Source: Octopus sinensis
Taxonomy: Eukaryota
Direction of reading: 5' to 3'
Length of the DNA: 64,000 nt
NCBI RefSeq assembly: GCF_006345805.1
Contig: NC_043007.1
Span: 43,462,001 to 43,526,000, forward strand
Position 1 is the stretch's first letter. The number at the start of each line of letters is the position of its first letter. The notes under the pieces were generated by a model that saw only the letters and a list, made by a program, of their open reading frames with translations, had not been told where the DNA came from and made no database searches. Below, one piece after another: positions 15,101 to 26,266 of the stretch. Both the position numbers and the translations under genes were made by a program.

Positions 15101-18100
15101 TAACTCTTACCTATTTTTTCAAGTAAGGGATGTTTTTTCATTTCTTCTCACAAGAATTAGGGATAAACACGGTATTGTTTATTGGTGACATAGACATGTC
15201 ATCACCATTTCACTCCAGTGTTGTCATTTAGACACCCTCATACAAAGTGGACTTCTATATAGTTCTGTTTACCAATTCCACTTACAAGCCATTGGTCAAC
15301 CCAAGGCTCCAGTAGAAAGACACTTGCTCAAGGTGCCATGCAGTGGGATAGAGCCTGAGACCATGTTTATGAAGCAAATTCCATATCTACGCAGCTATGC
15401 CTTTTCTATATTCATATACTGAATTATGTTATGCCTATAAAAACTTCAAAATTAAAGTTATAAGATTTTATTTTCTTGTATCTCTTGTGTGCTAGTTACA
15501 GATGTGATACATTTTAAGAAAAAGCTTATTTTTTGAAATTGAAATGCTACTGAACTCCTCTGTTATTAAGTGATTGAATTAAAATTTACTTTCAGCTTGG
15601 ACGAATTTATTTGGACATGCTTAATGTTTACAAAGTGATGAGTGAAAATATTAGCAGTGCAATTGCTACAAATGGAGAGAGTGTTACAAAACAGCCTCTC
15701 ATCAGAAGTATGCGAACAGTAAAGAAAGAGACCCTCAAACTAATTTCTGGTTGGGTCAGTCGATCTGCAGATCCACAAATGGTAAATATGTTCTCATCTA
15801 TAGAAACCTACTTTGCTGGAAATAGGAATTCTTTTCTTTTCCCTTTTCAAAAGAAATTATAATTTATGAACTTGTTTGCTATATTTTAACACACAGCTGT
15901 TGTTGTGGTTGTTGTTGGGTATCCTATCTCTGTGTTCCTTGCTTAGCTATAGCCTAGCAGATCTATATCATTTAACTCTAGTATTGAAAGCAGCCATATC
16001 CAGCCCAAATATTTTACTTGTTTTATGTTCAAACCAGCCAGATGTGGCCTCTTGTACCTACCCTACAATATCATTCTAAAAATAAACAGTTATGTCATTG
16101 AAATCTTGTAGCTTCAATGTGATGCAAGTTAAAGCCATTTCTAAATACTATGAAATTTTCATCAACACATTTATTTCAATGTCTGAAATGGAGCTTGATT
16201 TTTTTTTTTGCAATTAATATACTTCAGTAAGTAGTGATTTCAGCTTGGGAAGATTTGCAGTTGGAGACTTTACAAAATGTAAGAAAAAAAAATTAACTGT
16301 GGCTAGTTTTTGGATGAATAAAGTATAGATATTTCTGAATTTGGATTGCAAAAGTGATGGAGATCATCAACATGCCATTCAGAATATGATGGTGCTATGG
16401 TCATACAATATAACACAAATGCATACCCCCAATTTTATTGAAAATGCATAATTGTAAATCATTGGAATTTAAGCCTTTAGCATTTAAACCAGCCATATCC
16501 AGCCAAAATAATCTACTTGTATTATCTTCAAACTGACCAGATCCAGCCTCTCACACTTATCTTACAATATTCTAAAAATAAACAATCATGTCATTGAAAT
16601 ATCAAAGCTATAAGGTAAGGCATGACTAATTCATATCAATGTGAATAAATAAGTATTACATCATCATCATACAGCCATCTTCCATGCATGCATGGTTGAC
16701 AGGAGCCAGCCATGTATAATAACTACCCTAGGCTACTGTGTCTGTTTTAGCAGGGATTTTACAGCTGGATGTTCTTCAACCAACCTGCTATATAGAATTA
16801 CCAGTCATATTATTGTTTTACATCTGCTTTCTCATGTTAGCATCTGTTGGTCTCAGTATTTCACCTGTTGTGGTTCTTTGCTATCTAGCCTACACAACAA
16901 GAGAAAACTGCCTATTTTTTTTGCTATGTTTGCCTTGTTTATTTTATTGTCATAGTTGGTTATACTTCCTGCTGTAAACTGCTTCACAACTACTGGGTGG
17001 ATTTGATCATGCCACCAGCATTAGAGAAGTTAGAGTATTTCCTTCCTATAGTCATTTTACAGCATAGAATGAGTGATGCTACTGACACTAGGGAGGTTCT
17101 GTGGTAGTCCTCTCTTCCCTGTATTAGTGTTTATTCAGTTACTGCTCTGGAAAGTAGGTTGCTTTCACTGCGACTCGTTGAGTCCTTTTGGTATATTCAG
17201 TTTGTTCATGTCCAGCTTCTCAGACAAGTTGCTTTTCTCAATGGTGCCACATCTTCCTATGATGTATAGGTGTAAAATATCAAGGGGACACTTTACTATT
17301 TTTAAATAAACCAACAAAGGAGCTTTTGTGCAGTTAGAATTAACACTCTAATCTTCTCAAATTTCATTGACTATAGAGCTGATATTTAAGTCTGGTTTAT
17401 AAAACTTAAGTAGATGAAAGTGAAATCAACTTCAAACAAGTAACTTGGATAATACAGTTTTCTGCTCAAAAAGACAACAAAACCCCTGCAACAAATTTGA
17501 ACCCATATCTTATAGCTATTTCACAGCTACTAGTAATATTGGAACTCAGAATCATGAGCACCAAGCCATTTTGTCTTTGTTTCATATTTCATAGAAGATG
17601 CCCTTTGATAGTAATGTTTCTGATTAAAATGTTAATATTTAAATTAAAATTTTCACTGAAATCTTGCACTCCAAACATGGTTAAGTAAGCCTATAAATGA
17701 AAAAAGTTAATTTCTGATTGTTTTGAAAATTGAATTGAAGTATATGTCAGTTATAAGCTGATATAGGCTTCAATCATACAGGTGTGATGATAATTCTTTT
17801 TTTATTTAAGATTTAAATGAATTGTGCTAATTTAATTTTTTGATTCATTGCAAAAGATTTCTTTCAAAGTGTAGACTCAAATTTAAAAATCTTCCTTTGA
17901 AATGTCAGGTTGCTGGTAACTTTATTCCCCCATTGCTGGATGCTGTACTATTAGACTACCAGAGAAATGTACCTGCTGCTCGAGAACCAGAAGTTCTTAG
18001 TACCATGGCCACTATAGTTAACACTTTAGCGGTAAATATTTTTCTTTTATTTATTCTTGTATAGCTGTTTGTGCTGTAACATTACTTTATTACTTTATTA

Positions 18101-21100
18101 AAATGTACCTAAACTGATTATAAAATAAAGTTAGAATACAGAAAACTACATTTATTGGCATTTACTAAAATTTCTTTAGTAAATTTTTTTCTTCTGCAGT
18201 TTCATTTTAGTAACTCTCTGATGCCCATTTCTTTGGATCTGCACACCATTAAATTTTTTATTTTATTGTTTCTTAGTTTCACTTATTCTTGCGCGTATTC
18301 ATATTGCATCTGTCATATGAGATACTGAATTATTTTCATTATTTCCCTTTTTATTTCTACCTTTCCTTAACACAAACATGACTACCACCTTCTTTATGTG
18401 TGTAATATATTCAGTTGATACTTCTGTTGTTCCTGATGTATGAGGTTCCCACAGCCTGACTGTTTGACTACCCAGTCACATTTTTTAGGAATGCTGGTAG
18501 CAGAAAGTTGCTGCAAATGTTTGCCGCAAAGTTAGGCTTTTCTATTACTTCTCATCTCCTGGTTCAGTTGCCTTCATCATGGTTTGGAATCTAACCTACC
18601 CTGGTAGCCTAAACGTGTACCAAACCAGAAAAGTCCATATACTTAGTGGCATTTAGTGGAGAAATTGTAGTTATCTCCCTTAGTGTGACATGCCCTTGCA
18701 CAACTGCATTGGCTGTAAGAATAATTTGTTGGGTTTTTCTACTGAAAGAAAATTGAAGTAATAATTATACATATTGATATATAATTGCATGAAAACTCTA
18801 AGTTTAGTTAATGGAATCTTTAAGTTGTATATATACGCTTGAGTCTGTGATTCACTTTAGACTATTTAATTATGAATTTGCTTGTTTATAGGGTCACATT
18901 TCATGAAATTCTGCAAATTCTAATAGAAAGATTGGAATCAGTTTCAGTAAGGAATATATGAACTGAACGACTGATCTACTTTGAAAGTGAATGCTTATCA
19001 GTCATAAACTTTTAAAAATATTTTCAATTCCATAAGTGATATTCCTTTTCTGCAAAAAAGCATTAAGCTTATGTTTGTAAATATCTTATTTAGTTAAAGG
19101 TAAAAAAATTCTAACAACTCCTAATTATATAAGCTGAACTTTTTATTATTCATAAATGTATATTGATTATAATATTGCTTTAAATATTTTCTAGAGCCAT
19201 ATAACAGAAGAAATTCCTCAAATATTTGATGCTGTATTTGAATGTACTCTAGATATGATTAACAAGGTTTGTATTGTTAAAAATTTGTCATTTTATGAAA
19301 TAATAAACTAAGCTTAAAATTTTGGAAGTATACTAACTATAGTATTTTCATTATTATAATATTTACACTGTGTAACAAAATTGAAATATTTTTTGTCTTT
19401 AGCCAGTAAGTGTTATTTCTTATTTGCTTCTATCTAGAAATTAAAAGAAATGACTACTATTGCCTTCAAACTTTGCTTTTGTGACCTGGACATCAGTGTT
19501 TTGAAACTGGCTTATTTTCCATTACATTTCAGACAGATTCAGCAGTGAGTTGCTGAAGCAGAAATATTGTTATAGCAAATGTGCTGCTCAATAATTCAGA
19601 TTTGCTTGTCAGTTGCTTGACCATAACCACTTGAACATGTCCTTTAGTGGCTGGCAATATGTGCAACTCTAATCATGAGCAGGAGTTGTTGGGGAGCATC
19701 ATAGCCATGTGTTGAGAGGGTTCTTTGGGGTTTGAATAATTGCAACAAAAGCAAAATTTGAAGGAAGTATTAGCCATTTTCCATACTTTCTATGGATAAG
19801 CAAATAGGAAATAACAGTTGCTACCCAAGGACAAAAATCATGTTATACAATGTTATCATTAATTTCAAAGTATTGAATATGCTTTTCTGTGTCTCTTGGC
19901 CAGAGATGTTTTTGATGTACAACATTGAGATGACTCAGATCAGGGCTATTCTCCTTCATTGAAACCCTCAAAGAATAGAATACAGATATACATACACTTG
20001 TCCCTACTTTACATTCCAAGTTCATATTCTACTAAGATTGATTTTGAGTTTCATTCTCCCCAAAATTTCAGGCCTCTTTGTCACACTGTAACCTTTCATC
20101 CTCTGATGCAAGTTCCCCTCCTGAAATGCCTTGCTACTCTCATAATTCCTTGTCTTGCAAGTTACTTAGTTACCCTGCCAGTGCTGGTGCCACGTTAAAA
20201 GTATCAGTCCACACTTTAACGTGGTTGGCATTTGGAAAGGCATCCAGCTGTAAAAATCCTGCCAACACTAACTTCACCTGGGCTAATGCCACGTAAAAAG
20301 CACTGAGTCCACTCTGCGGAGTGGTTGGTGTTACGAAGGGCATCCAGCCGTAAAATCCTTGCCAAAACAGACACAGTAACTTAGGGTAGTTTCTCTACCT
20401 ACTTGGCACCTGTCAGCCGTCCTACCATGCATGCATGGAAGATGGATGTTAAATGATGATGATTTATTAAGGTGGCAAGGTCAATTTTGCTTTTCATCCT
20501 TTCAGGGTGAATGAAATAAGTACCAGTTACGCACTCTGGTCAATGTAATCAAATATCATCCTCCTCAAAAATTTCATGCTTTGTGCTTATAGTAGAAAGG
20601 ATTATCAATAATATTAATATGCTTAGTTTTTTTTTGTTTATGTATGTACCTGTGGTGTGTGTCACACTTAACTTCAAAGGAAGAGGTACAAAAAAGAGAA
20701 ATAAAGATGTTGAGCGGAGGAGGTATACTTGAAGTGTGTGGCAAAGAGGGTGAGAGGGGAGGGACAGAAGCAGAGGAAGTATAGTTGAAGTGAGAGGCAA
20801 AGTGGCAAAGAGGAGGAGTGAGAGAGAGAGAAAGAGAGAGGAGATTGATAGTGCTGAGAGGTAAGAGAAATATAATGCATTAAATGTAGGGGGACAGTTA
20901 GAGGCAAGGAGACATGGAGGAGGGAGAGGGAAAAGAGAGAGATTTAGAGAGATAGATCGAGTGAAGGAAGGGAGTGGCTAGAGAATAATAGTGAAAGAGA
21001 ATGGAACCATTCTCATACAGAAAATGCTGGAAAACTTTTTTGGTTGGATTATATAGTTATTGGTTTTACACTGCTTTCGATATTCTGTAAGTGTCTAAGT

Positions 21101-24100
21101 GTCACAAACATTTCTCATGGCATCAGCACACAATTTACAGATACTTACATTTTTTGTTTTCTGTGAAGTTTTTACACGTCCAGCTAGTTTTTCTTTATTA
21201 TTTTTTTTTCTTTTTTCTGTCCCTGATTTCAGTTTATCAATAAATGATAGAAATTGTAGACTCATACTAAATGTCTTATGAGTAGTGTCTCTCAGTAAAT
21301 GGCAAAAACTGTAGAGAGTTACACTGAATACCTTACACTATTCAGTCCTATTTTTTGTATATTCTGAGTTAATTTTCTATTTCATTCCTTTGTGGTTGTT
21401 AAAATAAAACCCTGTTGTGTAATAGAGTGAATTAAATAAACCATTCTATTTTCTGTAATGTATGTCTATGTGTTAATATAGCAGATCACTATTAATTTAT
21501 TATCCGGTTTTCTTTTAGGATTTTGAGGAATTCCCAGAGCACAGAACCAACTTTTTCTTATTATTACAAGCAGTCAATTTCCACTGTTTCCAAGGTAGGA
21601 AAGACTTTATTTTTAACTTAAATGTTGATTAATATACAATCAAGAAAACTAGTGCATTAAAATAATTCCATAGATAATGAATATTATACTTGTTGGGAGT
21701 AATTTATTAAGCAAAAATTAACGTAACTATTACTGTTTAGCTAAAATCTCTAAACTCATTTCACTATCATTTCTAATGACAGTATAACCACCTGTGTATT
21801 ACAGTAAATATTTAAAATGAGGATTTTGATAAGATTTGCTAAATTAACAAATTTCTTTTATTGGAATATTAAACCAGTGTTACCAATAAACAACTGACAG
21901 TTGTTTATTGGCACTTTGCATTGTCATTCAACAAGACTTTTTAGATTTTGTGTGTGTGCATGTGGTGTTAATAACAAGAATATAGGATAGTCTTGGGTGG
22001 GTCTGTATTGAAAGGGCCAAATGCTTTTCATTTTATATATTTTTTTTGCTTTGCAGTTGAGATTTCTTATTTATTTTGTTATTTTTTTTACTTCCAGCTC
22101 TATTGGATATTCCTCCAGCTCAATTCAAATTGGTGTTGGATTCAATTATCTGGGCTTTCAAGCATACAATGAGGAATGTGGCCGATATTGGGCTTGATAT
22201 ACTTTATACGTTGTTGCAAAATGTAGCACAACATGAAAATGCAGCGCAAAGTTTCTACCAAACTTATTTTACAGATATCTTACAACATATATTTTCAGTT
22301 GTTACAGATAGTTCACATACTGCTGGTAAGTGGCACCTAGTTTATTAAAATTGTTCTTATAACTTCTATCCCTCTTTTGACCAAATCTACTTGGCATTTT
22401 TTTCTTCATATTTCTTAACCCTATTGTTAACATATTTCCTTTGAAATACATTGCCTTTGTATCAATTAATTTTGTCTTTATTAAGCTGGTGTTTGGAACA
22501 CCAGCTTAAGGTTTTAGTTTAGATCACTTTAAAGCAGGCAGTTTGTATCACAAAACCAGGAATGGTTTCAGGCAGGTTGGTATCAAAAAGGTTAAAGAAT
22601 TGGGAAGCAAAACCGAGTTTCACACTATGTAATATGTCTAAATTCAGAATTCAACTCTCATTCATTTGATTATGTAAGGGTAATTACTTTAAAATTTTAC
22701 AAATGCATTTGATTTCACAAAATAATGTAGTTGTTAATTATGACCTGAAGATTATGGATAATTTCCAGAAACCCCTGACATGGCAGTTCAATAACAAACA
22801 GTACAGGCATGGAATTATTGTTAGCAGGCCTGTTGGAAATACTTGCAGAAATTAAACATGCTTTCTTTCAGGTGTCAGTGTGAGCATTGTTGACTTGTGG
22901 ATTTTTGTTAAACATCTGTTGTTGCATGTAACACAGACATGACTATTTGCCCCACTGCTTTCCTTTGCCTTGGAAAGGTAAGCAGTTTTCCTGTGTATGG
23001 TGGCGATGTGGCTACAACTGAAAGAACTATAGATATGCACTTTTCTCTTTGGTTAAGTTCTCATTTAGATTTTTAAGTTCCACTTGAAAGGAAGGTGAGG
23101 GTGGAGAGTTAGGTGTTGCCCTCCAGTAAATTTATTAAAAGGTACACTTATTTTAGTGCTGTTGACACTGCCAGATTGAATGGTTCTGTCCAGGTGTCGA
23201 AACCATAGTGATATCTGTGGGGCAGCTGATGATGGAGGTATGCTGGATTGTTGGTATGGCTGTTATTGTATGTGTGGAATAGTTTTATAACAGATCCATT
23301 TGATGTGTGTGTGTGTGTGTATACACAAATAAAGGTTACAAACCTCTTTCAGGGATAGCCAAATCCTATAAAAGTACTCGTTAGTTACCTATACAAAGAA
23401 TATAAAACATTACAGTTAATACTCAACTGCAAGGTAACTATATAAATTGTGGTTTATATATATTTATTTATTGTAATAAGTTGAGAAAATGTATAGGTGA
23501 TTGTTAGACTGTTGTTTATTGACTGAGAAATTGATGAGCATCCCTTGCAGCTGTTTCAATTTCAGACTTTCAGAGAGTTAATTGGATTAGATTGAAGATT
23601 GTTTGAGAGTTGAATCTCTTCAGAGGTGGTTCGGGATGTGCTGGGTGGGTGTTCACTTCCTGCATGTTGAGTAAATGGCTGCAAACCGGTTTGCAACCTT
23701 TTACTCAACATACTGGAGTTGAACACCTATTTTGTGTATCTTGAAATGCCTCGACTTTCAAATAGTTTTTAGTTTGATTTAATTGGTTTTCTGAAGGTCT
23801 AGAGTTGAAGCAGCTATGGGGGATGTTTGTCAGTTTTTTCAATTATAAGTGATAATTTGTTAGCTGCCTCTTAATTTTCTCATGTGTTGAAAAGTTTCTG
23901 GCTTTGGGTAAAAAGAAAATAAGGAGGATCAGTTAATCATGATTTTGTTCAACATATTCCCCTCTCAGATTTACACACTTTTTTGCAGTGGTCCTTCAAT
24001 TTTTCTATGCCCTTTAAATGAACTCAGAAGGCTGGGCCTTCAACCAGCCCTTTCACGAAACCCTTAAAATCAGGAACTTTTCAGCACCCTCTCATATATA

Positions 24101-24892
24101 TCTTGTGTGTGTATACACACACACACTCGCAAAGATACCCTTGCAGATTAAGTTTTTTTTAAAACTTTTACTGAGTTAAATCTTTTGTAGTTGATTAATA
24201 AATGCAACTTGTTTATTGATGATATTACATTTTTGTAATTGCTTATTGATATGTAAATGTTTTTTTCTTTTGTAGGTTTGACAATGCATGCAACTATTCT
24301 TGCTTACATGTTTAGCTTGCTTGAAGCAAATAAAGTCACAGTTTCTTTGGGGCCTAATATACAAAATACACAAAATATTACATACATTCAACAATTTTTG
24401 CTGAATCTTTTAAAGGCAGCTTTCCCTCACTTAAATGAGTAAGTAAAAAGATTTAAAATTACATATATATATCTCAAAATTGTTTTATTGAGTTTATATG
24501 GCTAGATGTTTATGAAGGCTGTACAGCCTATAACATTTTTCCAAGTGGTTTCATGTTTAAAATATTTTAATGTGAATGGTATTATTCTTAAAATGGAAGG
24601 TATTTTTGTAATTTGCAGAAACATCTGGAAATTACAAAAATTATCCTCCATTTGATTGAATCGAATAAATGTGTATATTGTTGATGATTTTCTTACATCT
24701 TTACATCTTGCTATATTCTGGTAGCTTAAAGGGTTTTTTCATTTTAAACTGCTGAAAATTATGGTTGCACAAACTATTTCGCTTAATTAAACAATATTCA
24801 TTTTATACCAGTATATGGTTTGATAATTTTATACTGGTAAATGGTTATGATAAAAAAATATACTTATTTTCATGTTCCAATAAAACATAGGA

Positions 24893-24967
<75 letters not shown>

Positions 24968-26266
24968 ATATTTACTGTCCAATTATTTTTGATTTCTTTC
25001 TGTTTTGTTTTATTTACCCATTAAGTTATGTTTATCTATTAGCCCACCATTTTTATGCTAGGAAGAAAACAGAGCTGATCCCTACAGGAATAGATATGTT
25101 TTGTCTCTTGAGATTTTTTTTACTGAATAATACCCTTATTTTCTATTTTGTAAATAAGATTCCTTTTTCTTAAGTACTGAAATATCAGCAGTCTTTGTCT
25201 TCAAATATGCACAAACAGAATGTAAAAATTTTTTTAATTGTATTTCCACATCAGCATCATTTGAAATCAGCTGTTTTAGGATTATAGTTTGAACCTTTTC
25301 AGATTATAAATCATATTTTAAGGGTTACATCATGGATAAATTTTGACCATTAGTGTCCCATACCATGATGAGATAGCACCAACTTGTTATAATTCTATCA
25401 TTCTTAAAGAATGCTAGAATTCAACTATTATGGAGGTTATGGTGTGTCGTTGATAGCTACACATATCGATTAAGTTTCTACTTTCTTCAGTGGATATAAT
25501 ATCTGTACATTTGTAATGCATGGTTTATATTTATTTCAGGCCCCAAATCAAAGTTTTCATTGATGGCTTGTTCAGTTTCAATCAGGATATCCCAGCTTTT
25601 AAAGAACATTTAAGGGATTTCTTGGTGCAGATACGTGTAAGTTAAATTTTATATTTATTTAATCATTATCAATTCTGTTTTTCAAATCTTGTTTTAACCC
25701 TTTTAATACCAGCTCGCTTTAAGACTGGTCCTAGTTCTGCAATATAAATTTCTTATTCTAAAGTTACTTAAGTTAAAAACCTACCATATAAATTCTGTGT
25801 TGATGTATATCTCAAACATGGACTTAATAATGACTAAATTATTTTACTAAATTCTTCATTTAAAAAAAAAATTAAACCGAAACAAAAGTAGTGTTTTTGA
25901 ACAGCAATATATGGCAATGGAACATTCAAGATTTTTAAATTTTACAATATTTCTAGTTTTAGAAAACCTCCATCAAAACATCATCAAGAAATAGTGTAAT
26001 TTAGATTAGTTATTTCTCAAAAAGTTTTTATTCTTTGTAGAATAATTAATTGATCTGTGGCTTTTGTTCATAACACACTTTATCATGGAGTTTTTTATTC
26101 TGTTAATTATTTAAAATAGGAATTTGCTGGTGAAGACAACAGTGATTTATTTTTGGAAGAACGAGAAGCTTCTATCCGACAAGCTCAAGAGGAAAAACGG
26201 AAAATTCAGATGGCAGTTCCTGGTATTATTGGTCCACATGAAATTCCTGAAGAAATGCAAGACTAA
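3074..26266 (+). CDS. XPO1: Exportin-1 (CRM1) gene, 23 coding exons in window, 5'-partial (N-terminal ~100 aa lie upstream)
   Basis: Manually spliced exons total 2918 nt with consistent phases and GT-AG boundaries. The translation matches CRM1 throughout, e.g. [52 protein letters not shown]-terminus [10 protein letters not shown]. Confidence 0.98.
3544..3659 (+). CDS. XPO1: XPO1 exon ([21 protein letters not shown]...KLLS)
   Basis: tag/gttagt, 116 nt. Confidence 0.95.
3921..4035 (+). CDS. XPO1: XPO1 exon ([13 protein letters not shown]...QLCQFVM)
   Basis: cag/gtatgt, 115 nt. Confidence 0.95.
4419..4538 (+). CDS. XPO1: XPO1 exon (DNSQNAPLV...[15 protein letters not shown]...CK)
   Basis: tag/gtaagt, 120 nt. 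Confidence 0.95.
5552..5784. mobile_element. Same TTAA MITE family, opposite orientation to 618-828
   Basis: Shares ccagatct...cctacc...attctaaaa...gataatgcat core, ends tgttaaagggttaa. Confidence 0.55.
6394..6448 (+). CDS. XPO1: XPO1 exon ([18 protein letters not shown])
   Basis: tag/gtatgt, 55 nt. Confidence 0.95.
6859..6932 (+). CDS. XPO1: XPO1 exon ([11 protein letters not shown]...MEQLKQ)
   Basis: tag/gtattt, 74 nt, phase fits both neighbours. Confidence 0.9.
7107..7265 (+). CDS. XPO1: XPO1 exon (MLPLDT...[21 protein letters not shown]...LIQ)
   Basis: cag/gtgagt, 159 nt. Confidence 0.95.
7675..8046 (+). mobile_element. tRNA-derived SINE with (GAT)n tail
   Basis: B-box-like gggttcagtcccactg, shared body seen in many copies in the window, tail tgatgatgat. 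Confidence 0.65.
8150..8347 (+). CDS. XPO1: XPO1 exon ([25 protein letters not shown]...VLSR)
   Basis: tag/gtaagt, 198 nt. Confidence 0.95.
9641..9779 (+). CDS. XPO1: XPO1 exon ([29 protein letters not shown]...RETL), acidic loop
   Basis: aag/gtaagt, 139 nt. Confidence 0.95.
10955..11270 (+). mobile_element. tRNA-derived SINE
   Basis: A box tggctcagtgg, B-box-like gaatttgattctc, then tcttgagcaaggcact...cactcagctgta CORE-like body. Confidence 0.7.
11330..11433 (+). CDS. XPO1: XPO1 exon (VYLTHLDY...EWSWKNLNT)
   Basis: cag/gttagt, 104 nt. Confidence 0.95.
11792..11869 (+). CDS. XPO1: XPO1 exon ([26 protein letters not shown])
   Basis: cag/gttagt, 78 nt. Confidence 0.95.
11966..12122 (+). CDS. 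XPO1: XPO1 exon with NES-binding groove ([15 protein letters not shown]...KLFEFMH)
   Basis: tag/gtaatt, 157 nt. The Cys528-equivalent TGT is at 11981-11983 and the Glu571-equivalent GAA at 12110-12112. Confidence 0.97.
12430..12593 (+). CDS. XPO1: XPO1 exon ([14 protein letters not shown]...CDLQPQQ)
   Basis: tag/gtaatt, 164 nt. Confidence 0.95.
13654..13788 (+). CDS. XPO1: XPO1 exon (VHTFYEAVG...NQATQ)
   Basis: tag/gtaaat, 135 nt. Confidence 0.95.
14029..14133 (+). CDS. XPO1: XPO1 exon ([14 protein letters not shown]...GHPYVLQ)
   Basis: tag/gttggt, 105 nt. Confidence 0.95.
14158..14980 (-). mobile_element. Internally deleted mariner (Tc1/mariner) element in XPO1 intron
   Basis: TA-flanked TIRs tacgaagtgcactccagaagt / acttctggaaagcacctcata. 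The minus strand retains KFVPRMLND (WVPHEL-like) and the C-terminal [10 protein letters not shown]. Confidence 0.75.
15596..15781 (+). CDS. XPO1: XPO1 exon ([13 protein letters not shown]...SADPQM)
   Basis: cag/gtaaat, 186 nt. Confidence 0.95.
16469..16660. mobile_element. TTAA MITE family copy, with partial copies also at about 10177-10340 and 15973-16115
   Basis: Begins ttaagcctttagcatttaaaccagccatatcc, same core as above. Confidence 0.55.
17909..18031 (+). CDS. XPO1: XPO1 exon ([33 protein letters not shown]...LA)
   Basis: cag/gtaaat, 123 nt. Confidence 0.95.
19195..19266 (+). CDS. XPO1: XPO1 exon ([24 protein letters not shown])
   Basis: tag/gtttgt, 72 nt. Confidence 0.95.
20180..20463 (+). 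mobile_element. SINE 3' body with internal ~90-bp tandem duplication and (GAT)n tail
   Basis: gccacgt(t/a)aaaag...gtggttgg...ggcatccagc.gtaaaa occurs twice, ends gttaaatgatgatgat. Confidence 0.65.
21519..21594 (+). CDS. XPO1: XPO1 exon ([25 protein letters not shown])
   Basis: tag/gtagga, 76 nt. Confidence 0.95.
22098..22325 (+). CDS. XPO1: XPO1 exon ([30 protein letters not shown]...SSHTA)
   Basis: cag/gtaagt, 228 nt. Confidence 0.95.
22900..23900 (-). mobile_element. Possible decayed Penelope-like ORF remnant in XPO1 intron
   Basis: The minus strand has a broken TIFNL...L...QGMLINF segment resembling the NLS...LL.KGL.F motif ahead of PLE RT. Many stops. Confidence 0.3.
24276..24438 (+). 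CDS. XPO1: XPO1 exon ([13 protein letters not shown]...AFPHLNE)
   Basis: tag/gtaagt, 163 nt. Confidence 0.95.
25540..25636 (+). CDS. XPO1: XPO1 exon ([32 protein letters not shown])
   Basis: cag/gtaagt, 97 nt. Confidence 0.95.
26120..26266 (+). CDS. XPO1: XPO1 last coding exon ([16 protein letters not shown]...[10 protein letters not shown])
   Basis: tag acceptor, TAA stop at 26264-26266. Confidence 0.96.
   Translation, partial: EFAGEDNSDLFLEEREASIRQAQEEKRKIQMAVPGIIGPHEIPEEMQD

Noticed and set aside
4539-25539. Intronic C/D-box snoRNAs suggested by frequent TGATGA motifs
   Set aside because: The TGATGA hits examined are (GAT)n SINE tails with no terminal stem or D-box pairing. A snoscan/Infernal run would be needed to exclude others.
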